From positions 352,001 through 416,000 of the forward strand of contig CAWEQH010000010.1 in the NCBI GenBank assembly GCA_963811165.1: a stretch of DNA of 64,000 bases, in the 5' to 3' direction. The DNA is from an uncultured Nitrospiraceae bacterium (lineage in GTDB: Bacteria > Nitrospirota > Thermodesulfovibrionia > Thermodesulfovibrionales > UBA6898). Of this stretch, positions 50,131-59,670 are shown in pieces; the stretch's first letter is position 1; each line of letters begins with the position of its first letter. A program made the translations under genes and the position numbers. The notes under the pieces are model-generated. The model was not told the DNA's origin and ran no database searches. It was given only the letters and a program-made list of their open reading frames with translations.

Positions 50131-52329
50131 TTATAACATCGGCTCCATTTCAAGGGCAGGATGACCGACCTTCGTCAAGTGTTCAAGAAGCTTTTCTGAC
50201 TCCTCGCATACGCTCTCGTCCGCTATCTTGTCAAGGAGATCGGGGACCCCGGCCTCTTCAGCTCTCTTTTTGAAGTCCTCGGCAATCCTCTCTTTCAATG
50301 ACTTAGGCATCCAGACGATCCTCTTGATGCCGCCGTCCCCAAAAAGGAACTTCTTGCTCGCCACGAAATTCACTCCTACACCCATAAACCCCGGGGTCTG
50401 GGCGCCGCCGCCGACGGTGCCCGCGAGGGTGGAGAACTTCATGCCCACAGGTGTCATTCCGGTATGTCCCCTGTGCACGAGCATGACGCCGTTTGCCTCA
50501 GGGATGATTGCGATAATGCACTCGAAACATCCGCAAGAGGTCATAGGGTTTTCCATGAGCGTATAGAGATTCATTGTTTCGACAGCTCCCCCAGTAGCCT
50601 TTTTCAGATACTCATCGGAGCCGCTATAACGTCCATACCGCGAATCCAGGCACTCGCCCTTAGCGATCGGCTGGTTTCCGCCTGTTGGATCGATCTCATA
50701 TGCCGCCTTTCCGTCAAGCCAGTTGTATGCGCCGCAGAGCCCCAGTCTCTCAGGCGTAATCACGCAGACATGACTCGGTGCAAAAGACTGGCAGAGGAGG
50801 CAGGAGTAAAATGTATCAACCGCTTCGTCGGTAAGGCTCCCGAGCCGCTGGTCTCGTTCCCTGTAGGCCTGGCGAGCATGCCCAAGATGCTCCTTGACGT
50901 CCTTATCGTCAATGAAGAGCGTTACCTGAACCTTGTCCACAATGGACCTGAACCGGTGATGGGTCATCGCGGCATTCAATATGCCAAGGTGTTCGAGGGT
51001 AAAGCCATCTTTCTTAGCGTTGTTGCTTATCCTTACCCAGTTGATATCCCGCTGGCCCATATGCCAGACACCCTGGGCCTCGTTGATGTTTGAATGGATC
51101 TTCCTTTCGATGACCGACTCGAAGTCCTTCTGCATCTTTCTGCCCGCGACATCAATGAGCATGCCCAAGGGTAGTTGACCGCCCTTTTCAAACCGCTCTT
51201 GCCAGTTTTCGCCGACAATGATGACCTTATTGTCCTCGATCTCGTCCATCTCCCTCATCCGCACCCACTCAAAAGCAGCAGTCCGCTGTCCGCCGAATTC
51301 AATAAACGTATCTTCCTTCCTGATCCGTTCTCCTTCAAAGGCGGGGCCGAATGCAACGGGGATCGGCGGTTTTTCGACCGTTATTTTAAGACCTCTCATC
51401 TCGATCGCCTTCTGCACGATCTTGGTATGGTCGAACTCCTTATCGACTTCCTCATAGGTGCATACGCCGGTGGGATGGATGACGGGAATGTCCGTATCCC
51501 CAATTGCGGGGAATCCCATATTGATGGCGCCCGCGCCCGTGGACCACTTGATATCGTCGAGTTCGCCGAGCACTATTGCAAAGGCGAACACCCTGTCCTT
51601 CTGGTACTTAAGATGTTCTTTGAAATCGCCGGGTTTCTTTCCGCCAAAGATAAGGGACGCCCTTATCGCCCAGTCAAGGGCATAGAGCGTATGTTCAGTG
51701 TCTGGACCAAGGGGCACTATTCTGGTATCCCAACCGAGTTCCACTCCCTTTCTCAGAAGCTGTTTCGTCACGCTGTCCCCTTTGGACTGGCCTGAGAGAA
51801 AGGTCAGTATGTTCTTCCCCTGAAGTTCCCTGCAGATATTTACCGCAATGTCATCCGTCGGTGCGGCTCCTAGGATTGCAGCAAATCCCGGCATTGTGCC
51901 GTCAACGAGCTGGATGCCGAGGTTTCTCTGGATCGTGTCGGAGATAAAACCATTATAGACGTATCCGGTTTCAGGGTCCTTGCAAGGTTCGAGACCTTGT
52001 ATATACCTGAGGGCCAGCAGAATCTCCTCTGCAAACAGAGTTCCCATGCCCGAATCAAGGGCTTCGCCGAGATACGGTTTCCAGATATTTTCATCCGGCA
52101 CGTCATGGAGCAGTTCTTTGGCAAATCCCAGAGCAACGTTCATGTCGCCGAGGGTCTTTACCGGAAAACCGGTCATTGCATAAATCATGGGAAGATGAAA
52201 GGCGGTATCCGGAAATTCGAACGCAAAATCCTTTCCCTTTTCAGCCATCGTCTTCTGAAGCAGATCCTCTGCCTGCTTGACCAGTTTGTGCGTACCTTTA
52301 ATAACTGCGGTCGCTATTAACTTGGACAT
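50131..52329 (-). CDS. acsB: Acetyl-CoA synthase, bacterial type with N-terminal CODH-binding domain
   Basis: FYSCLLCQSFAP.HVC..PER.GLCGA, PMTSCGCFE, GGGAQTPGF. Confidence 0.96.
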   Translation of the reverse strand: MSKLIATAVIKGTHKLVKQAEDLLQKTMAEKGKDFAFEFPDTAFHLPMIYAMTGFPVKTLGDMNVALGFAKELLHDVPDENIWKPYLGEALDSGMGTLFAEEILLALRYIQGLEPCKDPETGYVYNGFISDTIQRNLGIQLVDGTMPGFAAILGAAPTDDIAVNICRELQGKNILTFLSGQSKGDSVTKQLLRKGVELGWDTRIVPLGPDTEHTLYALDWAIRASLIFGGKKPGDFKEHLKYQKDRVFAFAIVLGELDDIKWSTGAGAINMGFPAIGDTDIPVIHPTGVCTYEEVDKEFDHTKIVQKAIEMRGLKITVEKPPIPVAFGPAFEGERIRKEDTFIEFGGQRTAAFEWVRMREMDEIEDNKVIIVGENWQERFEKGGQLPLGMLIDVAGRKMQKDFESVIERKIHSNINEAQGVWHMGQRDINWVRISNNAKKDGFTLEHLGILNAAMTHHRFRSIVDKVQVTLFIDDKDVKEHLGHARQAYRERDQRLGSLTDEAVDTFYSCLLCQSFAPSHVCVITPERLGLCGAYNWLDGKAAYEIDPTGGNQPIAKGECLDSRYGRYSGSDEYLKKATGGAVETMNLYTLMENPMTSCGCFECIIAIIPEANGVMLVHRGHTGMTPVGMKFSTLAGTVGGGAQTPGFMGVGVNFVASKKFLFGDGGIKRIVWMPKSLKERIAEDFKKRAEEAGVPDLLDKIADESVCEESEKLLEHLTKVGHPALEMEPML

Positions 52330-52386
52330 TCTCCAACCTCCTGGTTGTTAATATTTATCTATTATATACTATAAAAAGTATATTTC

Positions 52387-53730
52387 CTAGCTTGCTCGCG
52401 CTTTGAGGAAAGCGGGAATCGCATTCGCCTCCCTTGGTCCTACCGTTATCTTCCATCCGGGAAGCTTATCCTCAATAGAACCGCTCAATATAGCGACGTA
52501 TCCAGGGATAATAAGTTCCTTGTGGGATATCTCCTTATCGACTCCGCTCTCCGTAATAAACTGCGCTATCTTCGATGCGGTGAATTTTCCCGCCGCCCAT
52601 CCAGTCAGGACCGAAAGTCCCTCGCAATCTAACACTGCCAGCCTACTCGGCACCTTGCTGTTCTCTATTTCTCCGGAAACAATAAAGTAAGTGAGGGAGA
52701 AGTTTGAGGTAATGAAGAGCGGAGCCTCCGCCTTCGCATCCCCTATAGTATAGATTTTCTGTTCGACCTGCATCGGTACCTGCGGGTCGGTATAGATGTT
52801 CTGGCGCAGGGTAAACAGGGCAAGGTTCTTCCATTTTTCGATGCTGCTTAAAACGACTATTGAAGCATATTTGGCTATGCTGATAACCGCAACAAGGGCC
52901 TCATGAAGGCTATTTTCACGCTGCGCAAAATTGATTACAGGATATCCCACGGGCTTGAAATTCTTTTTAATCGCGGCTCTTCTCATAAGAGTGTTATGTT
53001 CCAAGATGTCCTTTGCTTTTCTCGCTCCCGAGTCAATCACCATGTCTTCGACGCCGAGGCCTTTGATCTTTTCCGTGAGATCGCAGAGTTCATCGATGCC
53101 GTTTCCGGCTACGCCGAGGACCGCCTTATTCGTCTTGGCGACAGTCGCCATCGCCTCGAAATTTGATGCGTTCGCTCCATAAACGATCGGCTTCTTCCCC
53201 GCAAACAGCTTAACTGCCGCCTCTGCAGCCTTGGGATCCGCAGTGCAAAGGATAACCGGAACATCCGGAGCTTTGGCGGCAACCACCTTTGCCGCAGCTT
53301 CGAACTTACCCGCATCATTCGATGCATTCGTTATCGCGATAGAGTTTATCCTCAACTTTTGACCGACACGGTCGATTTCCGACCCTATCACCTCCTCCAC
53401 AAGTGTGGTTATTTCGCCCTCTGAAGCAGTGTCCTTCACCTCAACAGCAAAGGCACAGGGATTCACAAATTTCTTCTCGTGTCTGAACAGAACAGTTTCT
53501 TCTCCCATTTTTACTGCCAAGCCCCCCACTCCAAAGGTTATTGGCTTGACAGGCGGGGCAGACGCCTCGCCGAGCACCCTCTTTGCCTCTTCGGACACAT
53601 CCGGGCATGAATCAAGGGTCGCCTGTCGCTGGGCAAGCTTCATCGCAAAGGCAAGACAGGTGGGATGTCCGCATTTCTTACAGTTTGTCTTCGGTAACAG
53701 CTTAAATATTTCAACGCCTGATAACGCCAT
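52387..53730 (-). CDS. acsC: Corrinoid Fe-S protein large subunit
   Basis: LPKTNCKKCGHPTCLAFA..CP, FRHEK, IYTDPQ.P, NFSLTYF, GLSVLT.WAAGKF. Confidence 0.96.
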   Translation of the reverse strand: MALSGVEIFKLLPKTNCKKCGHPTCLAFAMKLAQRQATLDSCPDVSEEAKRVLGEASAPPVKPITFGVGGLAVKMGEETVLFRHEKKFVNPCAFAVEVKDTASEGEITTLVEEVIGSEIDRVGQKLRINSIAITNASNDAGKFEAAAKVVAAKAPDVPVILCTADPKAAEAAVKLFAGKKPIVYGANASNFEAMATVAKTNKAVLGVAGNGIDELCDLTEKIKGLGVEDMVIDSGARKAKDILEHNTLMRRAAIKKNFKPVGYPVINFAQRENSLHEALVAVISIAKYASIVVLSSIEKWKNLALFTLRQNIYTDPQVPMQVEQKIYTIGDAKAEAPLFITSNFSLTYFIVSGEIENSKVPSRLAVLDCEGLSVLTGWAAGKFTASKIAQFITESGVDKEISHKELIIPGYVAILSGSIEDKLPGWKITVGPREANAIPAFLKARAS

Positions 53731-53744
53731 TTGATTGACCTCCG

Positions 53745-54686
53745 TTACATTAGTTCTTCAATGGTTTTTTGGACGGCCTCGGCCGCCCTTGGATGTCTCA
53801 TAATAATCAACTCAGCACCAGCAACAAGCAAGGCGGTAGCGGTGACGGCCTCCCACGCAATTCCGCGTTCCTCAACGGACCCCCACTGAGGAAGATCTGT
53901 CTCGGATGCCTGAGTCTCCTTGACCTTCCAGACATACATTCCGACGTCGCCCATTAAAGGCGGCTGCATTGTGGCATCATTCTGCGTCAGGGCGGCGAGT
54001 CGTATCCTCTCCATAACCGAATAGGTATATTCGAGCCCATACCCAAGTGCAGAGCACATCGGGTCCGTTATCAGTTTTTCCTTGTCGAAACCCATCTGAC
54101 CTATTAGGATATTAAGCTGTTTCGAGAGGTTTATATCGAGCTCAGACATAGCAATAAGCTTATGATTGTTTGCCATTGCCGCAGCGGCTATTGTCTTGTA
54201 GTTCGCCTCCTGCGCCTTGCCGATAATGCAGTTTTTTCCCTTTGCCGCCTCGGCAGCAGCCACGAGCACCGACGAATCCTTCTCAGGATGGTTGCTTCCG
54301 AGGACAACAAGGGGCACATTAATGGCCCCAAGAACGTCCTTCACTGTCTTTGCCGCATCTTCAGGCGAACGGTTTTCCCTGTCCGGATGGGTACCGATCA
54401 GCCTAAGGGCGACGGCCTTAGTCTTAAGCTCATCCTGACAAAATTTCGCCCACTTAACCGGATCATCCGAGACCCCCTCAAATGGCTTCTTGACATTCTC
54501 CGGCCAGTCAGCAGGCGGCACATCCTGGATCTCCAGTGCAATGACCGGACTGTTAGGGGTAACTCCCTCAAAGGAATGAAATGGAAGAACGTTTTCTCCT
54601 CCAATCGTACCTGAACTTCCCCCGGAGCCGATAGTTACGGGATATACCTTTCCGGGATATGTTTCCTTCGCTGGTGTAAAAGCCAT
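53745..54686 (-). CDS. acsD: Corrinoid Fe-S protein small subunit
   Basis: GGE..LPF..FEG, DINLSKQLN, ALGYGLEYTYSVMERIRLAAL, MRHP. Confidence 0.95.
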   Translation of the reverse strand: MAFTPAKETYPGKVYPVTIGSGGSSGTIGGENVLPFHSFEGVTPNSPVIALEIQDVPPADWPENVKKPFEGVSDDPVKWAKFCQDELKTKAVALRLIGTHPDRENRSPEDAAKTVKDVLGAINVPLVVLGSNHPEKDSSVLVAAAEAAKGKNCIIGKAQEANYKTIAAAAMANNHKLIAMSELDINLSKQLNILIGQMGFDKEKLITDPMCSALGYGLEYTYSVMERIRLAALTQNDATMQPPLMGDVGMYVWKVKETQASETDLPQWGSVEERGIAWEAVTATALLVAGAELIIMRHPRAAEAVQKTIEELM

Positions 54687-54705
54687 CTTATCCTCCTATA
54701 ATCAG

Positions 54706-54738
54706 TGTCAGTATTTAGTGTCAGTGTGTTATGTCAGT
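54706..54738. repeat. Three TGTCAGT heptamers at a 13-bp period
   Basis: Copies at 54706, 54719 and 54732 in the acsE-acsD spacer. Confidence 0.7.
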
Positions 54739-54774
54739 CCGGATTCATTACCCCGGCCGACACGGCGTTTCTCA

Positions 54775-55632
54775 TCACATTTCGAGATACGAATGGGCGT
54801 AAAGGGTATTGCCCATAATGACATCAAGCGTCTTTTTTATCTCAGCCATTTTTTTTGCGTCATCAAGTTTCTTCCCTGCCAGAACATCGTCAAACAGTTT
54901 CTTTTCACTTAAGGCCTCTGCCATCTCGTGAGCGTCGGCAATGGCGGAAGTCAGTCCTGCATTCATAAGCATTAAAAAATAGTATTTATTCAATATCGGT
55001 CTTACGTGCTTAGGGCAGCCATTGGAAATATTGCTCAGGCCAACTACTGTTTTCATGGGGGGATCGTTCATCTCCTGAAACATCCTAATAGCCTTAATAA
55101 CTTTCATGGCGTGGTCCTGGGAAGTTGCAATCTGAAGGACCAACGGATCAAGATACAAGTCTTCAAGAGGCACCCCATACTCCATTGCCCTTGCCATTAT
55201 ATCCGCGGCGATTGCAGCTCTCTCCTCGGCGTCAGCAGGAAGTCCGCCTTTCCCGACCGTCAGCCCAATGACCTGCGCTTTGTATTTTGCTCCAAGTTCG
55301 AGAATTGGAAATCTCTCCGGATCGTTGGATGTTGAATTAATTAAAGCCCTGCCCCACTGATTATTATGGACCTTCAGTCCTGCCTCTATCGCCTTTGCAT
55401 TTGTCGTGTCAAGGCATAACGGAAGAGGGACAACCTCTTGAATTGTCGTGACCATCCACTGCATCAAATCCTCTCCACCGTCTTCTGCAGGACCTATATT
55501 GGCATCTATTACGCCGGAGCCTTCTTTCCACTGCCGGGTCGCGATTTCCTGTATCGGCCCCTTATCTTTCTTCATCATCGCTTCCCTGACCCTCTTTGCT
55601 ATGATGCTCAACTTTTCGCCTATTATCAGCAT
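54775..55632 (-). CDS. acsE: Methyltetrahydrofolate:corrinoid Fe-S protein methyltransferase
   Basis: MLIIGE, D.N.G, LDT, INS, YLDPLV, VGLSNISNG pterin-binding barrel; first gene of the acs operon. Confidence 0.9.
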   Translation of the reverse strand: MLIIGEKLSIIAKRVREAMMKKDKGPIQEIATRQWKEGSGVIDANIGPAEDGGEDLMQWMVTTIQEVVPLPLCLDTTNAKAIEAGLKVHNNQWGRALINSTSNDPERFPILELGAKYKAQVIGLTVGKGGLPADAEERAAIAADIMARAMEYGVPLEDLYLDPLVLQIATSQDHAMKVIKAIRMFQEMNDPPMKTVVGLSNISNGCPKHVRPILNKYYFLMLMNAGLTSAIADAHEMAEALSEKKLFDDVLAGKKLDDAKKMAEIKKTLDVIMGNTLYAHSYLEM

Positions 55633-56055
55633 TTCTTCGCACTCCTTTCCTTATCTAGTTCATTATAAATTTCAGTTGGAAAACAAATATGAGAATTCTT
55701 CAAAAAACCGAGCATCAATTGTTGTTAATATAATAATTACGGTTAATATAATAACTATAGATACCACTAAGACCATAACACATTATTATAAACCTATAAA
55801 ATTTATTATTTTTATAAATGTAATAAGTTTCATTAATTAGCTAATAGGACTTTTTGGAGTCTCCTTTCTGCAATGAGCTCAAACAAACAACATTGTCTAA
55901 TCTACCACGTAACGACACGTAAACATAGGAAAAATAACATAATTTAACAACCAAAATAAAGCACTTAATTGATAGTTTTAATTTATAAATCCATAAGCAG
56001 TAAAAAACTTCAAGAAGCAACAAGTATTCAGACCCATAACACATCGACCCGTATG

Positions 56056-56099
56056 GCATAAAGAAAGGCGAGGGGACGGCCCCTCGCCTTTCTTTATGC
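56056..56099 (-). terminator. Terminator of the HAO-like gene
   Basis: 20-bp perfect arms GCATAAAGAAAGGCGAGGGG / CCCCTCGCCTTTCTTTATGC with a 4-nt loop. Confidence 0.85.
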
Positions 56100-56104
56100 G
56101 TCAT

Positions 56105-57454
56105 TTACAGTACCTTACCGCCGTACCGTTCGTTATAGAACTTCTGGATCTTCTCAAGTTGTTCTTTGGTCATGCCCTTGATGTACCATTCATGCCGTAC
56201 GTCAGACTCGAGATACTTCTTTTCAATCTCCCTGTAAAGCTCCGGCCCGGCCACTCGTTTCACTTCTGGCAGAAACTCCATATAGAAGTTTTTGGCCACG
56301 TCGTAGATGCCGTGCCACCAGGCATAATCGGGTCCCGACATGGCGGCGCCGTGCCGCGCCCTTCGTCCCTCATGGTGCCAAAGTTCCCAGTAAATCCAGT
56401 CCAGCTTGTCGTCGAAATTCGCCTGGGTCAGTTTGCCTTTGTCCATCAGTTCCTGTCTGATAGCCGTTGCGGGTTTCGCGAACTTGTCATCGTACAGATT
56501 GACGAGATTATCAAACTGCTTGTAAAACCCTGTAACAAAGGGGTCTGAATGGCAGCTGCTGCATACGTCCTTCATGTTGATTCGCCGTTTGTCCGCGTTG
56601 TCCAGCTTTTTAGAAATCGGTGGCCGAAGGGTCCAGCTGATGCGCGCGCCTACATCATGCGTCACCGGCTGGTTTGGCGTGGCGCTCATGTGACAGGTAG
56701 CACAGGTCGGGGCGGCAGTATAATCCTTGCCGACAACCCAGGAATCTTTGCTCATGTTCATTCGGTCCTTGAACGCCTCATACAGGATGCCGTGCTTCGA
56801 CTCCTGATAAACTTCGATCTGCGGATGGTCGGGACCGAGATGGCATTTTCCGCAGGTCTGCGGCTCGCGTGCCTGTGCCTTTGAGAAACTGTGGCGCGCG
56901 TGACAGGCAGAGCATGAACCCTTGGAGCCGTCCGGGTTGATCCTGCCGATGCCGGTATTAGGCCAGCTGTTCGTGTCGAGTTTGCCATTAGCAAGGATCT
57001 TGACGTTCGCCCCATGACACTGCTGACAGCCGACGGCAACGACCTCCTGTCCGCCCACCACTTCGCCCAGATAATTGTCCGCCGAATTCAGGATGTCCGC
57101 GGCCTTGGCGTGATGACTCTCGGTCATTTCTTTCACTTCCCTGCTATGGCATTGTCCACAATCCTTCGGTGTAACCAATACTGCTATGGTAAACCCGTTA
57201 TGCTCCATAGCATCTTTGTCAGTCTTATTCGCCCTATGGCAGGTGTAGCAGTCTACACCCATCGCAGCATGCTTGCTCGTCTCCCATTCTTTTACGAACG
57301 ATGGGGACTGTGCCTTGTGACAACCGATACATGCCTGTCCCTCTTTCGAAACCTTACTTTCTCCGCTCGCCGCCTCGGTCCAGCCGCCCCCAAGGATAGT
57401 CAATCCCCCATAAATAAAAACCGTGACCATCAACAAAAACCCTTTCATTTTCAT
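56105..57454 (-). CDS. Octaheme cytochrome c, hydroxylamine oxidoreductase (HAO) family
   Basis: Signal peptide; eight CxxCH motifs; CGKCHLGPDHPQ; HGAAMSGPDYAWWHG; AAGGAGG RBS before ATG 57454. Confidence 0.9.
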   Translation of the reverse strand: MKMKGFLLMVTVFIYGGLTILGGGWTEAASGESKVSKEGQACIGCHKAQSPSFVKEWETSKHAAMGVDCYTCHRANKTDKDAMEHNGFTIAVLVTPKDCGQCHSREVKEMTESHHAKAADILNSADNYLGEVVGGQEVVAVGCQQCHGANVKILANGKLDTNSWPNTGIGRINPDGSKGSCSACHARHSFSKAQAREPQTCGKCHLGPDHPQIEVYQESKHGILYEAFKDRMNMSKDSWVVGKDYTAAPTCATCHMSATPNQPVTHDVGARISWTLRPPISKKLDNADKRRINMKDVCSSCHSDPFVTGFYKQFDNLVNLYDDKFAKPATAIRQELMDKGKLTQANFDDKLDWIYWELWHHEGRRARHGAAMSGPDYAWWHGIYDVAKNFYMEFLPEVKRVAGPELYREIEKKYLESDVRHEWYIKGMTKEQLEKIQKFYNERYGGKVL

Positions 57455-57582
57455 AAAACCTCCTTTTTCTTTCATCCGGCAAAAGCCCTATTACAAAAAA
57501 AACGCTCTTTCTCACCTCCGTTTCAAAGATTGACCCCGAAAAAAACATACTGGCTTAAGTTATTCATTTTCCCCGATTCATC

Positions 57583-57600
57583 ATATGATCTTCGTCATAT
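57583..57600. promoter_or_regulatory. Crp/Fnr-like palindrome upstream of the HAO-like gene
   Basis: ATATGA-N6-TCATAT; a related TATGA-N6-TCAGA lies at 57727-57742. Confidence 0.5.
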
Positions 57601-57783
57601 AACTATTTCCTTGGCGGTTGACCTCATAGTGAAGACCACTGCAGTTACTTTGTAATTGTAATTTTAGATTATATGTAAAATAAGTCAATAGGGCGGAAAA
57701 TTACGCGTTTCAGTCTTTTATAAAATTATGACGAAATTCAGAGGGAGGATATGTCGGCTCGCTAGATACTATTCGTTTTGTTA

Positions 57784-58656
57784 TTAAGCTCTCGGATGAT
57801 ATTTTTTAAAAACCTTCTTTATCCTGTCCGTTGTAACTTTTGTATAAACCTGTGTTGTCGATATATCGGAATGGCCGAGCATTTTCTGCACAGACCTAAG
57901 GTCTGCGCCGCCTTCAAGGAGATGCGTTGCAAAACAATGCCTCACCGTATGGGGAGAAAGGACGATATTAGCCCTTCTTCCGACCGCCTTTAAGGTCTGC
58001 CAGAACCTCTGCCTCGTCATCCGCCCGCCCATCCCAGTCACGAAGAGATACGCCGACTGCCTCTTTTTCAACACCGTGGACCTCTCTTCGTGAATATATC
58101 GCTTTATCTTTTCAAGGGCACGTGCGTTAACGGGTATGACCCGCTCCTTCGAGCCCTTTCCAAGGACCCGCATAAAGCCTGCATCAAAATGTATGTCGCC
58201 AAGCTTTATCGATACAAGTTCGCTGACACGCAGACCCGAGGAGTAGAGGAGTTCCACCATTGCAGAATCCCTCAGTGCATTCTTACCCGATGCCCCCGCT
58301 TCAAGGAGTGCCAGAACATCCGCGACACTCAGCGCCTTGGGAAGCCTCTCCCACTTTTTAGGCATTTGGATGTTTTCCGAAGGATCACGGTCGATTTCAT
58401 TTTCCATGAACATGTATCTATAGAGGGCTTTTATCGAAGAAATATACCGGCAGATGCTTGCGGATGAGTAGCCTCCATCTCTCAACACTTCGAGGAAATC
58501 GATGACATCGGTAGCAGCAGCAGAGGCAAGTGCAACTTTCCTATGATCGAGAAAAAGTCTATATTTCTTGAGGTCGGCATGATAGGCGCCGACGGTATTT
58601 CCTGAAAGGCCCTTTTCGACAGTCAGATATGTGAAAAAATTCTCAAGCGACCCCAC
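57784..58656 (-). CDS. xerD: Tyrosine recombinase XerD
   Basis: VEKGLS.NT..AY..DL, RD.AM.ELLYSSGLRVSEL, GKGSKER, TRQRFW, SPHTVRHCFATHLL.GGADLRSVQ.MLGH.DISTTQVYT. Confidence 0.94.
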   Translation of the reverse strand: MGSLENFFTYLTVEKGLSGNTVGAYHADLKKYRLFLDHRKVALASAAATDVIDFLEVLRDGGYSSASICRYISSIKALYRYMFMENEIDRDPSENIQMPKKWERLPKALSVADVLALLEAGASGKNALRDSAMVELLYSSGLRVSELVSIKLGDIHFDAGFMRVLGKGSKERVIPVNARALEKIKRYIHEERSTVLKKRQSAYLFVTGMGGRMTRQRFWQTLKAVGRRANIVLSPHTVRHCFATHLLEGGADLRSVQKMLGHSDISTTQVYTKVTTDRIKKVFKKYHPRA

Positions 58657-59425
58657 AGGACAGATATTCCTCTATGCCGGTAGACTGTCGCAGCCGTTCA
58701 TAAAATATGGAAGCCATCTGCATAAGGTTTACCGTATCTTCCCTGTTGTATCTTATGAGGGTCTCCATTGCATCCCGAGAGCCCCTCCGTGCGTGCTCCC
58801 ACAGTTTCACGGCGTCGTAACCGTCGAGTCCCTGTACGGATTCGTCTCGCACAATGTCAAGTTCCTGTTCAAGCCTCTTTAAGCCTCCCTTCATCCCAAG
58901 TCTTTTTGCAGCAAAACAAAGGTCGAAATGGGGCAAATCGCATTTTACCCCGCTGAACGACCTCAGAATATAGGGGATGTCAAAGACCGCACCATAAAAT
59001 GTGATCAGGCATTTATGCCTCGAGAGTTCCTTGTTTAAACTCTCCGCCGAAAGGTTCTCGCCCCTCACGAGGCTTTTATACTCGTAGCCGTCATAGAACC
59101 CGGCCACGGTAATGACCCCCCCGCTGTTGGGCTGCAGTCCGTTTGTCTCGATATCGAGACAGACGGCGTCCCCTTTAAAAAAATCAAAAAGACGCCAGTG
59201 TTCTCTCCGTCTTATCCTGCGAGAAAAATAGGGCGCATTATCATCGCGCAACTCCCTGGCATCATGCACGAGGCAATCATCGAGAAAGCTCTTTTTCTCC
59301 TTTCCGAATCCAAGCAGTTCATCAGCCCCGATAAAATCATCCCACGTCAGGACACCCTCCCGCCAGAGCCTTTTTTCGAGCTTTTCACCTATACCATCAA
59401 GAGCGCAAAATGTATTCCTAATCAT
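58643..59425 (-). CDS. RNase H-like (DEDD) exonuclease, YprB-like
   Basis: N-terminal HhH motif (LDGIGEK), CLDIETNG, FYG..FDIP, HFDL, GGLK.LE, YNRED; alternative start at 59488. Confidence 0.85.
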   Translation of the reverse strand: MIRNTFCALDGIGEKLEKRLWREGVLTWDDFIGADELLGFGKEKKSFLDDCLVHDARELRDDNAPYFSRRIRRREHWRLFDFFKGDAVCLDIETNGLQPNSGGVITVAGFYDGYEYKSLVRGENLSAESLNKELSRHKCLITFYGAVFDIPYILRSFSGVKCDLPHFDLCFAAKRLGMKGGLKRLEQELDIVRDESVQGLDGYDAVKLWEHARRGSRDAMETLIRYNREDTVNLMQMASIFYERLRQSTGIEEYLSCGVA

Positions 59426-59610
59426 CGAGTTCCTTCTCTCTCTGTCTCCACGGTCTCTCTGACAATTCCTTACCCAGCATAAGATCATGGCGACCTCACA
59501 AATTCAATCTATTATACAGAATGGGAATATCATATTACTATAGCCTTTCACCAAAACCCTTCATGCTGCGTTCCGGTCTGAAGCTCCGTTTTCCTTCTTC
59601 TCCTTATTTA

Positions 59611-59639
59611 TTGATAAGACCCCTGACGACTGTTATACT
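59611..59639 (+). promoter_or_regulatory. Putative sigma70 promoter
   Basis: TTGATA-N17-TATACT with an extended -10 TG. Confidence 0.6.
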
Positions 59640-59670
59640 CAGTATGACCGGATGTATTACAGGAGACAGC

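Noticed and set aside
57784..58656. Integrase of a mobile element
   Set aside because: Canonical XerD motifs; no att repeats, tRNA or cargo nearby.
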